Part shown: one piece after another, positions 8,563 to 20,181 of the stretch | Position numbering within the stretch: the first letter of the stretch is position 1 | Layout: each line of letters opens with the position of its first letter | Source of the DNA: an uncultured Gammaproteobacteria bacterium | Lineage (GTDB): Bacteria > Pseudomonadota > Gammaproteobacteria > CAWCPV01 | Assembly: GCA_963797555.1 (NCBI GenBank) | Contig: CAWCPV010000005.1 | Coordinates: 64,001 to 128,000, forward strand | Length of the DNA: 64,000 nucleotides | Direction: 5' to 3' | Position numbers and translations under genes: made by a program | Notes under the pieces: generated by a model | Databases searched by the model: none | Told to the model about the DNA's origin: nothing | What the model saw: the letters and a program-made list of their open reading frames with translations, nothing else

Positions 8563-11500
8563 TCACCGCCGCTCTCGCAGCACTGCGTGAATGTTCTCCA
8601 GGAGGTCAGCCTCCTGGTAAGGCTTGCCCAGGTATCGGTCCACTCCGATCTCGATGGCGTGCCGGCGGTGCTTTTCACCGATGCGGGAAGTGACCATGAC
8701 GATCGGGATGTCCTTCAGCTCGGGCGTATGGCGCATGTGGCGAGCTAGCTCATAGCCATCCATCCGCGGCATCTCAATGTCCAGAACCATCACGTCCGGC
8801 TTATGCTCCTCCAACTGCTCGAGCGCCTCAACCCCATCTGCCGCGGTCAGCACGCGCATGCGATGACGTTCCAGCAGCCGTGTAGCCACCTTGCGCATGG
8901 TGAGCGAGTCGTCCACCACCATGACAGTCAGAGCTTCCTCGGCGATCCTTTCGCGCACCTCGCCAGGACCGCGGGCGGTACGCATCATCGCCATCCCGCG
9001 ACGCACCACCGTTCCGCCTTCCAGAATAAGGGCGGCGCGCCCGTCGCCCAGGATGGTCGCGCCGAGCAGGCCCCGGACTGCGCTGAGTTGCGGGCCCAGT
9101 GGCTTGACCACGATCTCGCGGCGCCCCAAGATGGCCTCCACCTGCAGTGCCACTTGCTGATCACCGGAACGCATCAGCAGCAGCGGCAACTTCTTTCCGG
9201 GTCCCGGGAGCTCGGGTGGAGGACCACCGAGGAGCGTGGCGAGGTGCATGAACTGGTACGACGTACCGGCATACCTCACCGTCGGTGACTGGCTGCGATA
9301 GTAACGGGCCAGGTCTTCATGCCTCGCCTGGGTCACTGCCTGCACCTGCCCCAGAGGGATGGCGTAGACCTCGGTCCCCGCCTGCACGATCAGGGCCTGG
9401 GTAATGGACATCATCAAGGGCAAGCGGATGATGAAGGTCGTTCCCAGGCCCTTCGTCGAGCGGATCGAGACCGTGCCCCCCATCTGTTTGACCGTAGCGT
9501 CGACAACGTCGAGGCCTACGCCACGTCCGGAAATCTGGCTGACCTGCACGGCCGTCGACAACCCAGATTCCAGAATGAGCTGCAACAGCTCCTCTTCCGG
9601 GATCTCGGCAGCGGCATCGATGAGGCCGCTCGCGACCGCCTTGCGCCTCACCGCTTCCAAGTCCACCCCGCCGCCATCGTCGCCAACCTGGACGACCACA
9701 TCGGTCCCCTGTCTGCTGACGAGGACGTCTATCGTCCCCCGCACCGCCTTCCCTCGCGTTCGTCGGACATCCGCGGCCTCGACACCATGGTCGATGGCAT
9801 TTCGCAGAATGTGCTCCAATGAAGCCACCATCTTGTCCAACACGGCCCGATCCAGCTCGTTTTGGCCGCCCCGCACCCGCAGCTCGGCCTGTTTACCCAG
9901 CTCGCCGCAGAGCTGCCGGACGATACGGTTAAGCCGCGGGACCAGCACAGCGAAGGGCAGCATGCGGGTGTGCATCAGCCCTTCCTGGAGGTCGGTGTGC
10001 GCTCGTCCCTGTTGCACCAGCAACAGTTCTGCGTCGCGCGCGAGGGTATCGATCAATAGTCGGATGTTGTCGAGATCGCTGACGCTCTCGTTCATGCTTC
10101 GCGACAGTTGCTGCACCGACGAGTACCGATCGAGCTCCAGGGGCTCGAATACGGCATAATCCTGGCCGACCGGGGATTCTTGATGGCGGAATAACATCTG
10201 CGCTTCCGTCTCGATGGACAGGCGACGCAGCTGATCGACCAGCCGCTCCGAGGTCTGCTGGAACTCGTCGAGGGCCTGATGGAACCCGTTCACCTGCTGC
10301 TCCAGGCGCGAACGGTAGATGCTCACCTCGCCGGCAAGATTCACCAACCGGTCGAGGAGGTCGGCACGTACCCGCACCTGCTCATACTGCGGCCGACCGC
10401 CCGGCACCGGCTCTTCCCGGGGTGGAAAGGGGAGGACTTCACCAAGCCCGCGGGGTGCCGCGGCGGCTCCGAGACCCGCCGCCTGCGCAGGCTCCAGCAA
10501 GCCTCGGAGATGCGCGATGGTGTCGCCCGCCGGCGTGGGTGACGACCCGTCCCGGAGGCGCCGCAGCATGTCGCCCAACAAATCGACCGCCTGCCGCAGC
10601 CGTTCCATCACCTCGGGCGTCGCCTCGAACGTGTCACTTGCCAGCGCCTCGGTCACTCCTAGCATCTCGCCGCCCAGCCCTTCCACGGCCGAGAGACCGG
10701 CTAGGCCAGCGCCACTCTTTAGGCCACGCAGGCTGTCGCGCAGTCTGTCGAGAGATAGGACATCCTGAGGAGCCCGTGTCCAGGCAGCCAGTGCCTCGCG
10801 TGCCGCCTCGGCTAGGGGAAGACCCTCCTCCAGGAAGAGGCTGCGCAGGCCGCGCTCCTCTTCGGTGAGTGGCTCGCCAGGTAAGGCGTCGGGGCCGGCT
10901 GCCAGTGTCAGGCCGGCTGCCGGAGGAGGACCCGCCGCACCCAGCGCCGCGGGATGCTCCACTACCCACTGCACTCGCTCCAGGAAATCAGTTGCCGGCA
11001 TCACGGGGGTACGGCTGTGCAGAGAGTCCAGCATCTGCGCCAGTCGGTCGTTGCCTGCCTGGAGGAGGTCGAACAGCCCGCCCGCGATGGGGAGGTGCCG
11101 CTCCAGGCCAGCCGCGAGCAGCGACTCGAGAGCGTGCGCCAAGTCGCCGAGGGCGCTCACCCCCGCCATGCGCGCGCTGCCCTTCAGCGTATGAAGCGAG
11201 CGCTGCAGTGCCTCCCGCCACTGCCGCTGTTCGGGCTCCTGGCGCCAGTGCTCCAGATTAGCCTCGTTGCCATCGAGCAGCTCGCTCGCCTCCTGGAAGA
11301 ATATCGCTGCGAGTTCGGCATCCATCTCGACGACTGCCCCACCGGAGGGGAGCGTCGGTGCTTGATTGGGCGTTGGCGTTTCCGGGGGCGCCTCCCACGT
11401 CGCCTGCACGGAATTCGTAGGGGGCTCCATCACCCCGACGTGCCCCCCGGTCGACTCCGCCGACGGCTCCTTCGCCAGCTCCGTCAGCGCGATGAACGGC

Positions 11501-14059
11501 ACGACCTCCGAGGCGACGGTGTCTTCAGACTCGGTCTGCGGCATCGTCTCAACGGCTGGCGCGCCCGCCGGTGGCGTCTGGGCCTCGGAGGGGGGCACGG
11601 ACTCCGCGGCCGCGTCGGCGGCACCGACAGATTCAGCCTCCTGAGCTGCGGTCTCTTCGAACACCGCCCGAGCCTCCGTGGGAGCGATGGTGGCCACCTC
11701 GGAGGCGCCCGGCTCCGTCTCGGAGAATCAGTGGCGGTTGCTCCACCGCGGCGCGTTGCGCAGCGACGACCGCTCCGCGGGCCTCGCTAACGGCGTGCGC
11801 CCGCTCGGCCAAGGCGTTCACGTCCAAGCGGGGCGCGGGCCCGCCCTGCAGTTGGGTGAGCAGTTGCTCCAAGGCCCCCCTGCCCTCGTCCATGAGTGCG
11901 AACATCGACGGGTCCGTAGGGATCGTCCCATCGATGACGCGGTTCAGCATGTTCTCGAACGCCCAGCCGAACTCGCCCAGAGTCGTCGCACCGACCATCC
12001 GGCCGCTGCCCTTGAGGGTATGGAACGAGCGCCGCAGGGTCTTCAGGCTCTCCGCATCATCGGGATCTGATGTCCAGCGATGGAGTTGATCCCCGATCTT
12101 CGCAACCTCGTCCCGCGCTTCCTCCAGGAAGACTTCTACCACTTCGGGATCGACGCCCTCCAAGACGACCGTCCGTGGGGGGGCTTCGGCCTGACCCGGG
12201 CCAATCTCGTCGGTTGCCTGGCCGCCGGCCTCCGGCGCGGCCGGTTTCGGGCTCAGCAGCTCCACGGTTTCCTCGGCGGCTGGCGACTCGGGCGGCGCGG
12301 GCGCGACCTCGGGCAGAGGCGCCTCTGCCGTCGTGGGCTCGGGTGGGAAACGCTCGGCCACACCGCCCACGTCTGTCGGAGCCTCGGTCGACGCCTGCCG
12401 CGCCTGTAGGCCCGCGAGCTTCTGGTCTACCTGGTCCAGCCAGCTATTCCCACGGCTCTCCTGCCCCCGTTCCGCGGCATCTAGATATTCCGCCAAACCC
12501 GCGACGCTGTCCGCGAGTGCTTCCAGGGACCGAGGGTCCACAGAGCCGCCGGCCTGTGGGATCAGAACCTGCTCCAGGACCCGAGTGCAGGCTCTGAACG
12601 CGGCGGTCGGGCGGGTCAGGCCGAGCATGGACAACGCGCCCGCAATCTGGCGCAGGGTCGATACCGCCTTCGGCAGCAGGTCACTACGTCCGCGGTCGAG
12701 CGTGAACTCCTCGATCGCCTCCATCACCCCGCCCATGTCGCTCCTGGCCTGTCCGATAACGACGGCGGCCAGGTCTCGATCTTCCAACGCTGTCGCCGCA
12801 GCACCCGAAGTCCCCGCCCCGGTGCGGGCGGCGCGGGTGAGCACCGCTTCGGCTCCGACGACGGTCCCCGCCACATCGGTCAGCTGAAGAGCGTGCGGGG
12901 GCTTTTCCCCAGAGACCACGCTCGCGACGTGCTCAGCCTGCACACGCAGTGCGTCGCTGGGCTCCAACAGACCAAGCATCTGCAGGATGTCGCTCAACCG
13001 CCTCAGACGCTCTCCCACGGGTGCAAGGTCGGGCGGTTGCCAGGATTCCTGCCGCGCCAGCATATCCAAGGCATCCTTGACCGCAGCGATATCCTCCTGT
13101 AGCGCGGGAAGGACACCCTGGAACAGCGACGTGGCCGGGGCAGTCAGCTCCTGGCGAACCTTCTCCAGCAACTCAGCCGAAGGGAACAGCTCCGCCAACC
13201 GGAACCCCTCCTGCACGGCGCGCAAGCGAGGCGTGGCCGGGTCGGCCTGCGCCACGATGTATAGGAGATCCCTCAGCATCGGCTCGCTCACTGCCAACGC
13301 CGCGGCGGGCTCGCCCTGCTCCGCTGCGGTCTTTAGGATCGCGTCCGCACGGCCGAGCAGTCGCTTGACCGCGACATCCGGCACCAGCGGACCGCGGGCC
13401 AGCGCCTCCGCCGCTGCAGCGACCAGCCACCATAGCCGCGCGGTCTCCGGGAGAACACACGAGCGCTTCAATCGCTCGGCGGCCTGTGCCATGACCGTCA
13501 GTCCATGCCGCGGAGTACGATCTCGCAACCACTCCAAGAGACCAGCCTCATACAAGGGCCTTACGCGGGCTGGCTCCGCGCCCGACGTATCCGCGCCCGC
13601 CGGCGGGACCCAATCCGAAGGTGCCACGGCCAGGTCTGGAGTGAACAGGTCCCGCTCTGCCAAAGGCGTCGCGCCCTGGAGCACCCGCAGATCGTTCACC
13701 ACGGCCAGGAGCGCCAGTGGCAGATCCTGGTGTTGGGTCCGCACCCATTCCAGATAATTGGGCAACACGAGGATCGCGCGCGTCAGGGCATCGAAGGCCT
13801 CGGGGCGCCGGGCACCCGCATCGTTCACCAGGGCCTGGGCCACCGCCTCCATCTCGCGGGCCAACATCGCCGACCCTGAGGACTCGGTCATCTGCAAGGC
13901 ACCGCGCACCTGTTGCAGAGCCACCAATGCGGCGCGCAGCCCATCGACCTCGGCGGGCTGCTCGAAGAACGTCTCCAGGCCTGCGCGAGCCTGCGCAAGA
14001 CTCTTGTCGATCTCGCCCCGGATCCACGACAGGCCCCCAAAATCGCGAATGTCATCCAT
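8563..14059 (-). CDS. chpA: ChpA hybrid CheA-like kinase (FimL-like N-terminus, multiple Hpt, HATPase, CheW, receiver), split by a +1 frameshift at ~11635-11728
   Basis: ORF 11633..14269 (likely start 14059: LSWIRGEIDKSL, RSFHTLKGSGRMVGA) and ORF 8563..11697 (HTLKGSARMAG, HILRNAIDHG, ISGRGVGLD, DDS..R, DIEMPRMDG). Joined length is 3n+1. Confidence 0.9.
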
Positions 14060-14061
14060 AG

Positions 14062-14955
14062 CTATCCCCCCCCTCTCTGCACGGACCCCTCCGTCCTCGC
14101 GAACGCCAATGTGTTGGCAGCACTCTCGCGCCTGAGTAGCGGGTGAGACCAATGCACCATCTCCCCGGGACCGAGCACGAGAAGACCCCCGGGGGCCAGG
14201 GAGTGCACCAGCGTATCCAATATTCTGAGGCGTACGTCCCTGCTGAAGTAAATCAATACGTTCTGGCACATAACGAGGTCCGACTCCTGTGCGCAGTGCA
14301 GGCCACCCTCGACGACATTGGCTTCAAGAAACAGGACACGCTGCCGCAGGTGCTGCGTCACGCGGCAGTTCTCTGCGTCCTCCGGCACGAAGTAGCGCTC
14401 CCTCAACAGGGGCGGCACCTCTTTGACCTTGGCGCGGGCATATCGGCCGGCCCGCGCGGTCGCCAGCGCCCCGACGCTGATATCGGAGCCGATGACGTGG
14501 AACTCGTGGTCAAGGCCCGGCCGACGTAGCGCGTCGTCAATGACCATCGCCAGGGTGTACGGCTCCTCCCCCGTGGCACAGCCGACACTCCAGGCTCGAA
14601 TCCGAGACGGTGATCGAGACCGTTCCAGCCACGCCAGACCATGGTTTCGGATGAGGTCGAAGGAAGGCGGATGACGAAAGAAATGCGACTCGTGGATAGT
14701 CAGACGATCGAGAAGCACGGACCATTCCGTATGCTTGGGCTCCCGCGTCCGTACGAAGTCGTAGTATGGACGGAACTCCTCGAAGCCGATCTCGCGCATA
14801 CGCATGCGCAGCCGCGTCTCGAGGAACGAGCGCTGGCTGCGGGACCACCGTATTCCGCTACGCCGCTCCAGCAGCCCGGCCCACAACATGAAGTCATCCT
14901 CGCCCATCGGGGGCGACGCCCGCAGCACTGGGGCTCTCGCCGTCATCGCCCTCAA
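14062..14955 (-). CDS. pilK: CheR-like methyltransferase PilK
   Basis: LTIHESHFFRH, WSVGCATGEEPYTLAM, CQNVLIYF. Confidence 0.9.
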   Translation of the reverse strand: MRAMTARAPVLRASPPMGEDDFMLWAGLLERRSGIRWSRSQRSFLETRLRMRMREIGFEEFRPYYDFVRTREPKHTEWSVLLDRLTIHESHFFRHPPSFDLIRNHGLAWLERSRSPSRIRAWSVGCATGEEPYTLAMVIDDALRRPGLDHEFHVIGSDISVGALATARAGRYARAKVKEVPPLLRERYFVPEDAENCRVTQHLRQRVLFLEANVVEGGLHCAQESDLVMCQNVLIYFSRDVRLRILDTLVHSLAPGGLLVLGPGEMVHWSHPLLRRESAANTLAFARTEGSVQRGGG

Positions 14956-14963
14956 GACTATTC

Positions 14964-17006
14964 CTAGCCCCCCTGCTGCAGCAGCTTGAACCCGGCCACG
15001 GAACGCCTCAGCTCATTGGCCAGATCTACCAGCTTGCCGATGGACACCGCCGCTTCGTTGCTCCCTGCAGAGGTCTCGGTCGCGATCTCCTGGACGACGT
15101 TCATGGTCTCCGAGATGTTGACCGCCGTCACGGCCTGCTGCTGGGCCGCCGTCGAGATGGTCTCGATGAGGTGTGCCAGCTCGCTCGATACCCCCTCGAT
15201 CTCCTCCAACGCCCCTCCCGCGTTGCGCGCCAGACGTGTCCCCTCGACCACACCGCTGGTGCTCTGCTCCATGGCGAGCACGGCTTCATTGGTGTCGGCC
15301 TGAATGGTCTTCACTAGCACCTCGATCTGCTTGGTCGAGTTACTGACGCGCTCTGCGAGACGTTGCACCTCGTCGGCAACCACGGTGAACCCACGGCCAG
15401 CCTCGCCCGCCATAGCCGCCTGGATCGCCGCGTTGAGGGCCAGGATGTTGGTCTGGTCGGCGATGTCGTCGATGAGCTCCACGATGTCGCCGATCTGTTG
15501 AGAACTCTCACCGAGACGCTTGATGCGCTTGGAGGTTTCCTGGATCTGGTCGCGGATCGTGTCCATGGCCTGAATCGTCTCACGCACGGTCGCGGCCCCT
15601 TTCTTGGCCGTGTCCACCGACTGGTGCGCCACTTTGTTCGACTCGGTCGCGGTCCTCGATACCTGCTCGATCGATACGGCCATCTCGTTCACCGCCGCAC
15701 TCGCACCAGTGCTCTGTTCCGCCTGATTGTTGCTGGCTTCTGCCAAGTGCATCGCAGTGGCCTGGGTAGCCTGCGACGCAGCCGCGACCTCCTGGGAGGT
15801 CTCGTTGATGGTCGTCACCAGGCTGCGGAGTGAATCGATGGCATAGTTGATGGCGTCTGCAATAGCTCCGGTGATATCCTCCGTCACCGTGGCCCGACGC
15901 GTTAGATCGCCTTCGGCGAGACCGCTGATCTCGTCCAGCAAACGCAGGATCGCCTCCTGGTTGCGCCGGTTCTGTTCCGTCGCCCCCCGAAAACGCAACC
16001 GCGCCTCGCGCACCAAGCGATAACCCAGCAGGATGAGGAGCATCAGCACCAGCGCACCCAGTGCGTAACCCATCTGCGCACTCACCGGCCGCTGCGCTTC
16101 GAGTGCGGTGTAAGCGGCGCGCAGGTTCTGCGTCGCCGCGAATAGCTGGTCACTCGTGGCCAGAATATTCCTGGCCGCATCTTGAGCGTCGAACAGGTCT
16201 CCCGACTTTGCCAGCACCTGACCGATGGCCTCGTTGAACTGGGTATACAGCTTGGCCACTTCCTGCAGCTTTTGGAGCGCCTCGGGGTCGGTCACGGCCG
16301 CGATGTGGCGGGCGGGGGTGCCTTGCTGCAGGGCGTCGAGCGCGCGCCCGAACAAGGCGGTGTCGCGACCCACACTCTCGATCACTGTTACGGCCCCTCG
16401 CTCACCACGGATCACCGTCTGCAGATTCTTGCTGATGCGCTCCACCAAGATGAGCTGGCGAGTCGCGAGCGCCACTTGGCGGGCGTCCGCCTTTTTATCG
16501 ATGAGCAGCCGTACCACATCGTCCGACGCCTGGATCAGCTCGGGTGTCGCTTGACCGATGGTCTGAACGAGATTGGGCAACTCCTGCAGGACGGCCGCGC
16601 GGGCCACGATGCGGTCGGCACTTTGCGCGACGGCCTGCCAATCCGAGACCACTGCATCCAGTTGGCTCTTCACGGCCGGAGGCGAAGGCGACAAGCCGGT
16701 CTTCGGGTCGCCTTCCTGGAGGGTCGCCAAGGTCTCCGCAAAACGTCCCCGGGCCTCCTTCAGCCGGTCCAGCGACTCGGTCTTACCGGTAGTCGCATCC
16801 ACGGCAAACTTGGCGATCCGCTGGGACAGCACTGCTTGCTCCCCCGCGAGTCCTATGTAGACGCGATCTTCGGTCGCATGGATGTTGACGTAGGTGAATA
16901 TGCCGGCCATCAGCACGATGCCGAGCACCAGCAACAGGATGATAACAATCAGCCCCTTGTCGGTGCCCTGCCTTTGGGTAAGATCCTTGGAAGTGCTCGC
17001 TGCCAT
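14964..17006 (-). CDS. pilJ: Methyl-accepting chemotaxis protein PilJ
   Basis: Two TM helices, PilJ periplasmic repeats, NQEAILRLLDEI, IADQTNILALNAAIQAAMAGEAGRGF. Alternative start at 17045. Confidence 0.95.
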   Translation of the reverse strand: MAASTSKDLTQRQGTDKGLIVIILLLVLGIVLMAGIFTYVNIHATEDRVYIGLAGEQAVLSQRIAKFAVDATTGKTESLDRLKEARGRFAETLATLQEGDPKTGLSPSPPAVKSQLDAVVSDWQAVAQSADRIVARAAVLQELPNLVQTIGQATPELIQASDDVVRLLIDKKADARQVALATRQLILVERISKNLQTVIRGERGAVTVIESVGRDTALFGRALDALQQGTPARHIAAVTDPEALQKLQEVAKLYTQFNEAIGQVLAKSGDLFDAQDAARNILATSDQLFAATQNLRAAYTALEAQRPVSAQMGYALGALVLMLLILLGYRLVREARLRFRGATEQNRRNQEAILRLLDEISGLAEGDLTRRATVTEDITGAIADAINYAIDSLRSLVTTINETSQEVAAASQATQATAMHLAEASNNQAEQSTGASAAVNEMAVSIEQVSRTATESNKVAHQSVDTAKKGAATVRETIQAMDTIRDQIQETSKRIKRLGESSQQIGDIVELIDDIADQTNILALNAAIQAAMAGEAGRGFTVVADEVQRLAERVSNSTKQIEVLVKTIQADTNEAVLAMEQSTSGVVEGTRLARNAGGALEEIEGVSSELAHLIETISTAAQQQAVTAVNISETMNVVQEIATETSAGSNEAAVSIGKLVDLANELRRSVAGFKLLQQGG

Positions 17007-17041
17007 GTCTCGACTCCCCCGTCGTTTTCCGACTCTAATCG

Positions 17042-17587
17042 TCACACCACCTGCAGGAAGGCCGGGGTGCGCACCAGCTTGACCATCGTGAAATACCCCC
17101 AGTACTCCCCGCCCTTAACGAAGCCGCCATCGAGATAGTCGCCCAGGGATGCGTGAGACGCAGGCACCCTCGACACCCGGTCTTCGTCGGCGACAAAATG
17201 TCTCAACCCCAAGACCTCATCCACCAAGAGTCCGGCAAATATCTCCCCCGGCTCCACCACCAGTATTCGGGTTTGCTCGGTGAGCGCCGTCTCACCGCGC
17301 CCCAGATAGCCGCCGAGGTCCAGCACCGGCAGGAGGTTACCCCGGACGTTGGAGATCCCTTTGACCCAGGCCGTTGCGCCCGGGACCCGTGTCACGTCGG
17401 GATAGGTCAGCACCTCCCGCACGTCGTCCAGCGCGCTGATCAGCCGGAGATCGCTTATCCGGAAGCCGATGCCAGCCCACATGGTCTTGGCTTCCACCTG
17501 CAGCGGCAAGCCGCGCGCGAACCGCAGCGCGTGGTTCTGCAGCTCGCGGAGTAGATCCAGTGGGCCGACCCGAAGTTGTGCGCTCAT
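17042..17587 (-). CDS. pilI: CheW-like protein PilI
   Basis: WAGIGFR, TRVPGATAWVKGISNVRGNLLPVLDL, GLLVDEVLGLRHF. Confidence 0.92.
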   Translation of the reverse strand: MSAQLRVGPLDLLRELQNHALRFARGLPLQVEAKTMWAGIGFRISDLRLISALDDVREVLTYPDVTRVPGATAWVKGISNVRGNLLPVLDLGGYLGRGETALTEQTRILVVEPGEIFAGLLVDEVLGLRHFVADEDRVSRVPASHASLGDYLDGGFVKGGEYWGYFTMVKLVRTPAFLQVV

Positions 17588-17949
17588 GGCGCGAGCACGG
17601 TCTTGATCTTCGATATCAGATCCTTCTCAGAAACCGGCTTGGTAAGGTAGTCTTTCGCTCCCTGCCGCAAGCCCCAAATCTTGTCGGTGTCCATGCTCTT
17701 ATTGCTCACGATGATCACCGGGACGGACCCCGTCTCGGGGTCCTGACTGAGCTGCCGAGTAGCCTGAAAGCCGCTGATTCCAGGCATCACGACATCCATC
17801 AGGATCAGATCCGGCTTCTCTTGGCGTGCCTTGGCCAACGCCTCTTCACCCGTAGTGGCAACAGCCGTTTGAAAGCCGTTGCGCTCCAGCATGGATTTCA
17901 GGACATGCACGTCGGTTGGGGAGTCATCCACGATCAGTATCAGCGCCAT
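17584..17949 (-). CDS. pilH: Response regulator PilH
   Basis: ILIVDDSPT, PDLILMDVVMPGISGFQATRQL, DKIWGLRQGAKDYLTKP. Confidence 0.93.
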   Translation of the reverse strand: MALILIVDDSPTDVHVLKSMLERNGFQTAVATTGEEALAKARQEKPDLILMDVVMPGISGFQATRQLSQDPETGSVPVIIVSNKSMDTDKIWGLRQGAKDYLTKPVSEKDLISKIKTVLAP

Positions 17950-17982
17950 CTCCGCATCCTCAGAAATAGGCCGGATTTGTTC

Positions 17983-18399
17983 TCAATTGGCCACGTCGGG
18001 GTGCGCCTCCGGCACGTAGCGCTTGATAGCACCCAACAGCTCTTCCCTAGAAAACGGCTTAGTCACATAGTCTTCTGCTCCCACCAGCCGACCCCGTGCC
18101 CGGTCGAACAGACCGTCCTTACTGGACAGCATGACGACGGGCGTAGCCTTGAAAGAGCGATTATGCTTGATGAGCGCGCAGGTTTGGTAGCCGTCCAGCC
18201 GTGGCATCATGATGTCGACGAAAATAATGTGCGGCCGGAAATCGACGATCTTGGGCAGCGCCTCGTACCCATCCTCGGCGGTCAGCACCTCATAGCCGGC
18301 CTTGTTCAACAGAGCCTCCGCCGTCCGGCGGATGGTCTTGCTGTCGTCGATCACCAGAACCTTGATCCGCTCAAACGTCTCAGCACCCTGCGTGTCCAT
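17983..18399 (-). CDS. pilG: Response regulator PilG
   Basis: KVLVIDDSKTIRRTAE, DIMMPRLDGYQTCALIK, LSSKDGLFDRARGR. Confidence 0.95.
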   Translation of the reverse strand: MDTQGAETFERIKVLVIDDSKTIRRTAEALLNKAGYEVLTAEDGYEALPKIVDFRPHIIFVDIMMPRLDGYQTCALIKHNRSFKATPVVMLSSKDGLFDRARGRLVGAEDYVTKPFSREELLGAIKRYVPEAHPDVAN

Positions 18400-18851
18400 T
18401 TTCTTTCATCTCGCCCTGCCGGCACGACCACCACGCAGTCGGCGGGCGGGCTGCCGTCGGAAAGGGTTAACTTTATATGCGCCAGGACGCCGCTGTATCA
18501 TGTCCTTGCGCCTCCGCCGAACACCGCGCACTATTGGACTGCCGCCCATGGTCTTTGCTACGTGGCACGAGCACAAGCTCGAACCTACTCCGCACCCATG
18601 GCGGCCTATCCAGCACCCTGCATCGTCAACTACGCCACAACCCGCCGTGTCGCCGTCTACGCCTGTCATCGGCGCGGACCCCGTTGTCCAGCCAACTCGA
18701 CGCCGGCTCCCCGCGGCTCGGGGCCGGTCGTGTTGCCCCCGACCCGTTTGCGGCGACGATTCTCCGCCTATTACGCTCTCACGCGGGTTAATAGCGCATT
18801 CTCGGCAGCGTGTCAAACGGCGCCACTATATTAGAATGAGCGCATAAACCC

Positions 18852-20181
18852 GTGACAGGACCGCAGTTTCCCCCGACCATGCAGCTAACGGAAGACGATG
18901 CCGTACCCCACCTGACCACCGCCCTAAGTGGGGCGCTGCTGGAATTGGAGCGCCACTTGCTCCAGCACCAGCCGCACATAGAGGCGTGGTTCCGCGAACA
19001 GTGGCTCGAAACGCCGGCACCTTTCTATGCGTCGGTGGACTTGCGGAACGCGGGCTTTAAGGTTGCCCCGGTAGATACGAACCTTTTCCCGGCCGGCTTC
19101 AACAACCTCAACCCCGACTTCATCGTGCTCTGCATTCAGGCCGTGCAGTCTGCCGTCGAGCACGCCTATCCGCGGGCGCGCGGGGTATTGCTGATCCCCG
19201 AGCGGCACACCCGCAACGTCTATTACTGGGAAAGCGTCGCCACTCTCAACGACATCATCACCAAGGCCGGATTCGAGGTACACCTCGGGAACCTTCCTGA
19301 TGACTCCGCGACCAGCGGGGAGCTGTCTCTTCCCTCTGGGCGGATCCTGCGCCTCGATCCGCTGGAGCGCAGCGGCGACACCTTGTGCGTCGAGGATGTG
19401 TCTCCCTGCCTTATCCTGCTCAACAACGACTTGGCCGACGGGGTACCCGCCATTCTCCAGGGCCTGTCTCAGCCAGTCATTCCCGCACTCGGGATGGGCT
19501 GGTGGTCGCGGCTCAAGTCCAAACATTTCGCCCATTACCACGACGTTGCAGAACAGTTCGCCGTGCTGGTGAGCATCGACCCCTGGCACATCGAGCCCCT
19601 GTTCCGCAACTGCGGCGAGATTGATTTCATGAAACGTGAGGGCGAGGACTGCCTGGCGTACTACGTCGAACGTCTTGCTCCAGGCAATTCAGGAGAAATA
19701 TGACGAGTACGGCATCACCCGACGTCCCTTCGTGGTGATGAAAGCCGATGCAGGTACCTATGGCATGGGCATCATGAGCGTGGTCAGCGCCGATCAAGTC
19801 CGCGAACTGAACCGCAAGCAACGTACGAAAATGGCTGCGACCAAGGGCGGCCGCGCGGTCCACAAGGTCATCCTCCAGGAGGGCATCTACACCTTCGAGA
19901 CTTGGGGCGAGAGCCGGGCGGTAGCCGAGCCCGTCGTCTATCTCATCGACCATTACGTCGTGGGAGGCTTCTATCGCGTGCACACCAAACGGGGACCCGA
20001 CGAGAACCTGAATGCTCCGGGCATGCATTTCGAGCCTCTAGCCTTCGCCGGATACTGCACCACACCGGCACCAGACATGGCGCCCGACGCCTGCCCCAAT
20101 CGCTTCTATGCTTACGGTGTGATCGCCCGCCTCGCCTTGTTGGCAGCGGCACGCGAGCAAGCAGACATGGCCCGGCAATGA
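18852..20181 (+). CDS. gshA: Glutamate-cysteine ligase (divergent GshA family), +1 frameshift at ~19669
   Basis: PFYASVDLRNAGFKVAPVDTNLFPAGFNNL in ORF 18852..19703; KADAGTYGMG, QEGIYTFE, NLNAPGMHF, NRFYAYGVIARL in ORF 19636..20181. Confidence 0.9.

Noticed and set aside
17560-18834. Long antisense ORFs (this 424-aa ORF, also 45271-46917 and 60557-61990)
   Set aside because: Shadow frames of well-supported genes in high-GC DNA, with no recognisable motifs
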